DNA from: the human T2T-CHM13v2.0 reference genome, Homo sapiens
NCBI RefSeq assembly: GCF_009914755.1
Contig: NC_060946.1
Direction: 5' to 3' (one strand)
DNA: 64,000 bases
Below, piece after piece: positions 57,080-64,000 of this stretch. Below the pieces are notes generated by a model. That model made no database searches. It saw only the letters and a list, made by a program, of their open reading frames with translations, and was not told the origin of the DNA. Numbering within the stretch: position 1 is the first letter of the stretch; the number at the start of each line of letters is the position of its first letter. The translations under genes were made by a program, and so were the position numbers.

Positions 57080-57545
57080 GCAGTAACAACCCCAGACATT
57101 GCCAAATGTCCCCTGGGGGTAGGGTTGCCAGAGTAAATACAGGACGTACAAATGAGATCCTACCATATCTTATGGGGTTCTTATGGGGTTTTTGCTATCT
57201 TTCATTTAATACAGGGGTTCTCACCCTTGTTACAACTGACATTTTAGGCTGGATAATTTTTTTTTTTTTTTTGGCCTCAGCTGTCCTATGCATTGTGAAA
57301 TGTTTAAAAGCACCCCCGGTGCCTTCCCACCAGATGCTGGTAGCACCTAACCATCCCCAGTGACAACCAAAACTGCCTCCAGACATTGCCAAATGTCCCC
57401 TGGGGGTAAGGTTGCCACAGTAAATACAGGACATCTAGTTAACATGCACGGTCTGAAATTCAGCTTGAACTGGCTGCCCTGCATTTTTATTTCCTTAACC
57501 TGGCAACCTACCTAGGGAGCAAAATTACCCCTGGTTGAGAACAGA
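57080..57545. mobile_element. MER20-like hAT relic with a nested MER53-like element, junction partly duplicated
   Basis: caggggttctca...ccagacattgccaaatgtcccctgggg...ggttgagaac (MER20-like); ggttgcca...tggcaacc termini (MER53-like). Confidence 0.7.
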
Positions 57546-58488
57546 TGACATCTCTCGTCGCTGGTTCCTTTTCAGGACGGGAGGATACCCCCTCTTTCTT
57601 TTCGGCGCTCTGCTGTGTTCCATGATGGGGACAAGCCATAGCCTGTCAGTCTGTCCCTTGGGATGGACCAGGTGCTTGCTAGCCAGTGGGAGGTTTTCTG
57701 CCGCAAGTGACAGAAATCCCTGCTCAGTCTCACGTGGGCCACAAGCCCATCCACAGTGCTGCCTGGCAGGGAGCAGGGTGAGCACTGGCCGTTTGCCTGT
57801 TCTGCTCTTCCCCACCTCGAGTCAGCCTCGTAGGTCGGCCTCAGCATCCAGGCTGGCCGGGCCCGAGGCCACCTGCGGGCCCTCCCTGATGTCTCATTGG
57901 CTGAGACTGGTCACAGCCCACACCTGACCTGTCACTGGCAGAGGGTGCGCTCGCCCTGAGACCCATCAGGAGCACCTGCCGTGGTGGCGAGGTGGAGGTG
58001 GTGCTGGCGTCCTAGGCTTCCTCTCATTGTCAAGTCCCTTCTCAGACCTCACCTCTGCAGCGGGGCCATCCCTGAGCACCCATCGATTGTGGCCTTGTCT
58101 CCCCACCCAAGGGCTCCCCTTCCCAAGTGTTGCCAGAAGCCCCAGCAGACATCTTCTACACTCAAGTGTCAGCTCCTGGAGGGCCCAACTCCTGGTGACT
58201 GCTGTGGTCTCAGGCCTTCTGAGTGCAGTCCGTGGCCGGGGGAGTCTCTCCACTCACACCGAGTGAACTCAGCAAGAGAGGGTGCCTTTGTGCTCCGCAG
58301 AGTGCAGTCCAGTCCCGTATCCACAGCCATGAAACCCAAATGCTCCCAGAACCATACGTCTTTTCTTCTACCTATTTGCCAGCAAACCTGACCCAAATTG
58401 ACGTGAGAGTGTTCCGCGTCTTTTGTTTCTCCCACTTGCTGTGATATGTGTGCAGCTTGCTGAAGAAATAATGTGTTTCATCAGGGGG

Positions 58489-58860
58489 TTGTCTTGGGCT
58501 GAGTTCCCCAAAAGCAAAGCCTGAGACAGGACTTGAGTGCAGGTGTTTTTTTGGAAGGTGACACCAGAATCCAGGAGGGAGCAACCGGGGAGAGTGAGAC
58601 GGGGGTTGGGAGAAGATAATACAAGGGTCATTACGGAGGTCACTGCAGAGGGCACTGCAGGAGGGGGCGGTCGACTTCTCTAGGACCTCCTGAGCAATGT
58701 GGGGTGCTTCTCTGAAGGACTAGAGGCTGCTGGGCGCTTACCCACCTGCCCCTGGGCTCTACCAGCTGAGGGTTACCCGAAGGGCCTTCACTCCCCAGAA
58801 TTCCCCAGTTGCACTTGAGGTGGGCTGAACACCCCAGAGGGTCTACAGCATGGGGCAGCC
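58489..58860. mobile_element. ERVL LTR33-like remnant
   Basis: tgtcttgggctgagttccccaaaagcaaagcctgagacaggacttgagtgca resembles the recalled LTR33 terminus. Confidence 0.55.
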
Positions 58861-61800
58861 CCAGACCCCGGGGAAGAGTAACACAGGATGGGGCATATGC
58901 GCCAAGTTACCTTCCGAAAATCTGAAACATGTTTGACCCCAAGGGATTCAGGGTCCTAGAGGTGGAATTTCAGGGTTAGAGGGGGCACCTTGGGGGGAGT
59001 CTTGTATGTAGTTTGAAAGTTTTGAAACATCAAGAGCCCTCTGAAATGGCTGTCTACGTTTCACACTCCTGGCCAGGCGTGAACGTCTTTCCTCTACACC
59101 TGCGCACCCACCTCAGGTACGTCAGCTAAATAGTAATAGTCACGGCAGACACTTATGTGTGCTCTGCATGGGGCACTGTTCTAAACACTGATCCCTCACA
59201 ATGACTCTGTGGGGTAGTACTGGGTTTGACACTCATTTTTTAGGTGAGGAAACTGAGGCACAGAGGATTACACACTTTGTCCACGTTCCCACAGCTGGTA
59301 AGTCCAGAGCAGGAGGGATGTGAACCACAGCACTACACTGTCTCTAACAATATCATCGTCTTTTTAGGTTTCTGCCAATCTCATGAGTGAAAAGTGATCA
59401 GGAGTTTGGAAAGTTCATTGTCTTGTTTTGTATTTCTCTGTTGTTATCAGCGAGGAATAGGCAGAGGAACAAATAACAGAGACTCCAGCCAGACATTTAT
59501 TGCTTAAGTAAAATCAGGAGGACGGCAGTCTAGAGCTGGCATGTCAGCTCTACTCCATGGTTTTGGTCACGCAGACCCCTCCTCTTGTTACTTTGCTATG
59601 TGGGATCTCTGTCCCCAAGGTCTCCTCACTGCCCCATAAGGGCTGCTGGAGCCCCAACCATTATGTCTCGTATTCCAGCCACAAGAAAAAGATAAAGAAA
59701 AAGGAAATAAGGAACACCTGTCAGCTGCCTTTTTAGGACGGTTCCTGGAATCTGCTACTTCTCATTGACCAGAACTTGAGTACGGGGCCTCACGCTAGAC
59801 GGGAGGTTGGGGAATGTCTTAATAATAGACCACATGCCTGGCTGAAAATGAAGGGTTTTGCTCCTGTGGAAGAAGGGAAGGTGGATACTGGAGAACAGCT
59901 TGTGATCTCTGCCACAACAGAGGAGTATCTTTGCATAGGTTTCTTCGCCATTTTTATGGCTTCATCTAAGAATTCTCTTTTCCTACTCTCCTTTTCCTCT
60001 CACACTGATCATCCTTTTCTTACTGATTTTTAGCCACACTTCTTATGGGGAACTCACTACACTTCCCAAAACCATCTGTAGCAGTGCTTGGCTCTAAGAA
60101 TTTGTGTCAAAATCAAATGGGAGCCACAGGGATGGGCCCAGCTCAACACGTGGCTCACGTTAAATGCCTCACAAATGTTGGCTTCCTTCCCTTGAGTCAG
60201 GCATTGCAAAAATGTTGCGGTGCCCTAGAACCCCCTAGAGTGCTAACAACTTGGAGCCCAGGCTTATTGAAAGACAGGGCCTGGGCCCTTCTGTTTTTAC
60301 CAACTTCCCTGGGTGAGAATGATACCCACTGAAGTCTGAATTTGCCCTCAATTGTTGACAAACTCTGTACTGTCATCGACTTCCTCTTGGTCAGCAGCAC
60401 GAGCGTGGCCACCCCCTCCACACATCACCCTGCACGCATCTGAAGCCGAAGTGAAGTCCCACAGCCAAACTTCTCTTTGCCAGGAGAAAAAGCCCCATTT
60501 TCTCACTCATCCCTTGCGTGGCAGGGATTCCCAACCCTTCTAATTGCTATCATTCTCAGCAGGTGGACCTGGCGGGTCAACCTCCCTCCTGGCATATTCA
60601 CCCTGGACTGACCATAGCCTCTCCAGGTGGAGTCTGGCCAGTACGGGAGAGCACAGAACCCTCACCTCCCCCAGGCCAGACCCCGTGATCCTATTCACAT
60701 GGCCCACGGCTGCATCGGCCCTAGAAACAGCTTTGTCACTCCGTGAACCTACAGTAAGTTCAAATCCCCCCCAGTCTCCAGGAAGTAGGAGTTCCGTGTT
60801 GATGGTTACATCTGCACATGCTACAAGTGGCACAAAACCTTTACTCAAGTGAGTTCAAGCAAGAGACATCAGTTCACATGAGAAGGCAGAGGCACGCAGG
60901 TCCAGGTCCGCCGGGGCGAGCCTCGGTCCACCGTTTCTTCGAATACAGGATTTGTTCTCTTTCCACTTGGACATCTCAATGTTTCACAGAGAGGGCCCTA
61001 GTGTTTCCTAAACTGCAGAGTTTCAGGCATCTGCATCCCGATTAGATACAACCGATTCTAAAGGAGGATCATTCTTCTCGTCCCATTTCCTCTTCCTGGT
61101 TGGAACTGGGTCCCGTGGCCATTCCTAAGCCAATCACTGGCAGGGGGAGTGGGACTACCATTTCTGGCAGGTGCCAAGGTCCAGAGGCATGAGTCGGTGA
61201 TGGGCCTTCTCAGCATGGCTGGAAGAGCCTGTGAGATTATCTAACAGATGAGGGGCACAGCCAGATGTGGGCCCACTGGCTGCTATCATCCCCCAAGTGA
61301 AGGGTGGTGTGGCTTGCACCCCAAGGGGAATGGGTACATGGAGAGGAGCAGCCAGATTGAGATGAGTTGTCAAGATCAAGTCAGTATGAGATGAGGGGAA
61401 GGTGGAGACTAGCTCCAAAAAAACGGCCCATCATGTTGGCTTGAGTGGCAGAGGACTGCCACTTACATAGGAAGCAGGAGGACTGGGGGCCGCTGGGCTA
61501 TCTGAGATGGACGTGGGGCTGGAAGTCACCAACATATATCCATATGTTGGTACTGGAAGCCCTGGGGCTTGGGGGAGTGCACTAAGTAGGGAATCAGTGA
61601 GTCGACACTTTAGCACCTCCGTGACTGTCTCCAGCTGTGGCAGGAATCCAAGAGAGAGATGGAGACCTGGATTAAGGCCACCCTGCAGGGAATTGAAAAT
61701 ATAATTTGTAAAACGCAATCATCTGGTCCAAATGAGGAAGGGAAGGAGAGTAACCAAGTTTGGATCTCAGAAAGACTCAGATGGTGTGAGGTCGCTGTCA

Positions 61801-62220
61801 CTGACCCTCAGCACAAGGGGCTCGGCTTTGCCCTCACTGGCCTGGTCCTTCTTGGGAGCCTTCCCCTGGCCTCCCTGGCCAGGCCCCTGCCACTCCCCTC
61901 TTCCTTTACCCCGCTCGGAGGTTCTCCTGGCTCTCTCCTTCCTGGCTCTCGGCCCTCTATGGGGTCTATTTCTTTTGACCAAAGCATCTGCTTCCATTGC
62001 TGTATCTGCAACACTGTCGCAGCCTCCTTCATTCAGCCAACATTCTCGAGCGGCCCCTACCTGGGCCAGGCCACGGTATGAACGCTCCTCAGCTCTCAAG
62101 GCTTCCGTGCCTCGATACAGCTACGTGAAGCAGGAGTAGCTCAATCCATTTCACAGAGGTGGAAATTGAGGCTCTGGAGTTTGGAGGAGCACTCCAAGGC
62201 CCAGTACTGCCTGACCACCA

Positions 62221-62678
62221 TGGGGCAGGGCAGACGAGCCCCAGACTTGGAGCCTACCCTAAGAAGTTTCTCGGCTTTGCTCAGGAAAGAATTCAAGTGT
62301 GAGCTGGTGGTGGAAGAAACAGCTTTACAGAGGTGATAGTGTTACAGCTCTGTGATTGCCCCTGCAGAGCAGGGCTACCCCACGGGCAGTGTGCTGACAG
62401 CAGCAGCTCAGGAGGAGTTCTGCAGTCATGTTTATACCCACTTTTCATCACATGCAAATTAAGGGGCAGGTTATTTAGAAATTTCTAGAAAAGGAGCTGT
62501 AACTTCCAGGTCATTGCCATGGAAAGGGGCAGTAACTTCCGGGTATTGCTATAGACAAAGGTAAAACTCATGGTGCTGGTGGTGGGCATGACTTCTGGAG
62601 AGAGGTGCTTTCAGGGCCTCTTCCTGTTTTAGCCACTCTTCAATCTGGTCTAGAGTTGAGTCTCCGTCTCCCACCTCA
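62221..62678 (-). mobile_element. Intact ERV1-class solo LTR (MER4 group, MER66/MER41-like), 458 bp
   Basis: TG...CA termini; 4-bp TSD ACCA at 62217-62220 and 62679-62682; minus-strand TATAAA at 62431-62436. Confidence 0.85.
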
Positions 62679-64000
62679 ACCACACTCCCTGGTGGTCAGT
62701 CCAGCCCTAAGTTCATAGTCTGGCCTGGGGTGTCTCATCATGGATTTATGGGTGTAGAGGCAGCCAGGCCTGGGATGGGGACATGAGCTCCTGGAGTCAG
62801 GGAGAGTGGGCAGCCAGCCCTTGCCTGCGTTAATCAGCATTTGTTGGGCCTCAGTTCCCTGGTCCATACACGGAGGGTAAAAGTAAGTACCTTTTCCTCA
62901 TTGGAGTACAACAGAACTCAAACGGCCTCATGCCTACCTCATGGCTCTCTTGTGAGGTGGCACTGGAAGCTCTGTGTGTGAGCACAGTGCGGACACACAG
63001 TGGGTGACTCGTCCCTCAGTGAAGTCCTCCAGTTAAGAGCCGTGGACCACGTACCTCTGTACACCCCACGCCACCCCTGCTTAGCAACCTCCATCCGGCT
63101 GGCACAGGGACAGCTCAGGGTGAGACTGAGGGGAGTCGATGATCAGCTGTCAACAGGGAGTCAGTGGGGAGACTTCCACTCTCAGGTCCTAAAGTCAGAA
63201 AGCTCCTTAGACCGAAAGCAGCTGGGAAAGCAGGGGCCAAAGACAGGAAATGGGAGCTGCAGAAACTGAAATATCAGACACAAAACAGGAGGCAAGAGCA
63301 GCTCTGGCCATGAGGCAACAAAGCAGAACAAAGAAGAGGCTCGTACAAGGCAGAACAAAAATGGAGATGAAGAACCAAGATGGCCCAGAAGCCTCACTGC
63401 AGTGGGCAGAGTGAAGCGCGGCGCTCCCCTCTAGTGCTATGTGATGGGTGGACTGTGCCCTCTGGAATGGGGTTTACAGCAGGGACTGAGCCACTCGAGG
63501 CTCCACTGTCTCCTAGGGTTACTTCCCGCCTTTAACCCTCACCTGAACCATGTCAAAGGACCGTTATAAACAGCTAAGGGACAGCCACATCCCGGCAGCT
63601 CCCCAGAGACAGAGGTGCTGTCTCCTTTAGGCTTTCCCACCACAGGTGCCAGCCAGGGCTGGTGCCTCACATGGCATGTAGAAGAAGACTTGTGAGTTGA
63701 CCCTCAGAGCAAGAAACTAGGAAAAGCAATGGGGCCATGAGATGCTGCTGAGCAGCAGTAAAGAGAAAAATATGCTTTTTACTTAGCTGGAAAGGGCAAA
63801 AGGAAGACACTCCAAATGTAAAGTGACTTTCTGAGCCCCCCTCCTCCCTACCCCCTTATCCTGCCCTCCATGAGTTGCCAGTTCCATCCCACCTTCCTCC
63901 CACCCCCAGGAGAAGTTCCTGCCAGCCCCACTCAACTCCTGGGCCCAAGTGACGCCATCTCCCCTTCCACCTCCCCAGTCCCCGCAGGGTCGTTCCCTCC

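Overview
Mammalian (primate, almost certainly human) genomic DNA, not prokaryotic. Bases ~89-17860 hold the last nine coding exons and the 3' UTR of CYTH4 (cytohesin-4, an ARF-GEF with Sec7 and PH domains) on the + strand. I assembled these exons from GT-AG boundaries: 951 coding nt, 316 aa plus stop, phase-consistent throughout. The remaining ~46 kb is intergenic; from recall it lies on chr22q13.1 toward ELFN2, which I cannot verify from the sequence. It contains ~17 Alus (many with visible TSDs), L1/L2/MIR fragments, hAT DNA transposon relics, MaLR/ERVL remnants, one intact ERV1 solo LTR, two orphan CpG-rich islands and several simple or minisatellite repeats. Nearly all other ORFs in the track are spurious. 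I found no convincing new multi-gene system. The best leads are: (1) a candidate cryptic exon in CYTH4 intron 8, just downstream of a ~620-bp UG/UGCAUG tract, where a NAGNAG acceptor would switch between a stop codon and an in-frame 42-codon insert; (2) a ~94-bp inverted repeat pair bracketing an RFX/CCAAT module; (3) a strong minus-strand splice donor/acceptor pair near 45.2-45.7 kb. Repeat boundaries are approximate and repeat subfamily calls come from recalled consensus sequences.
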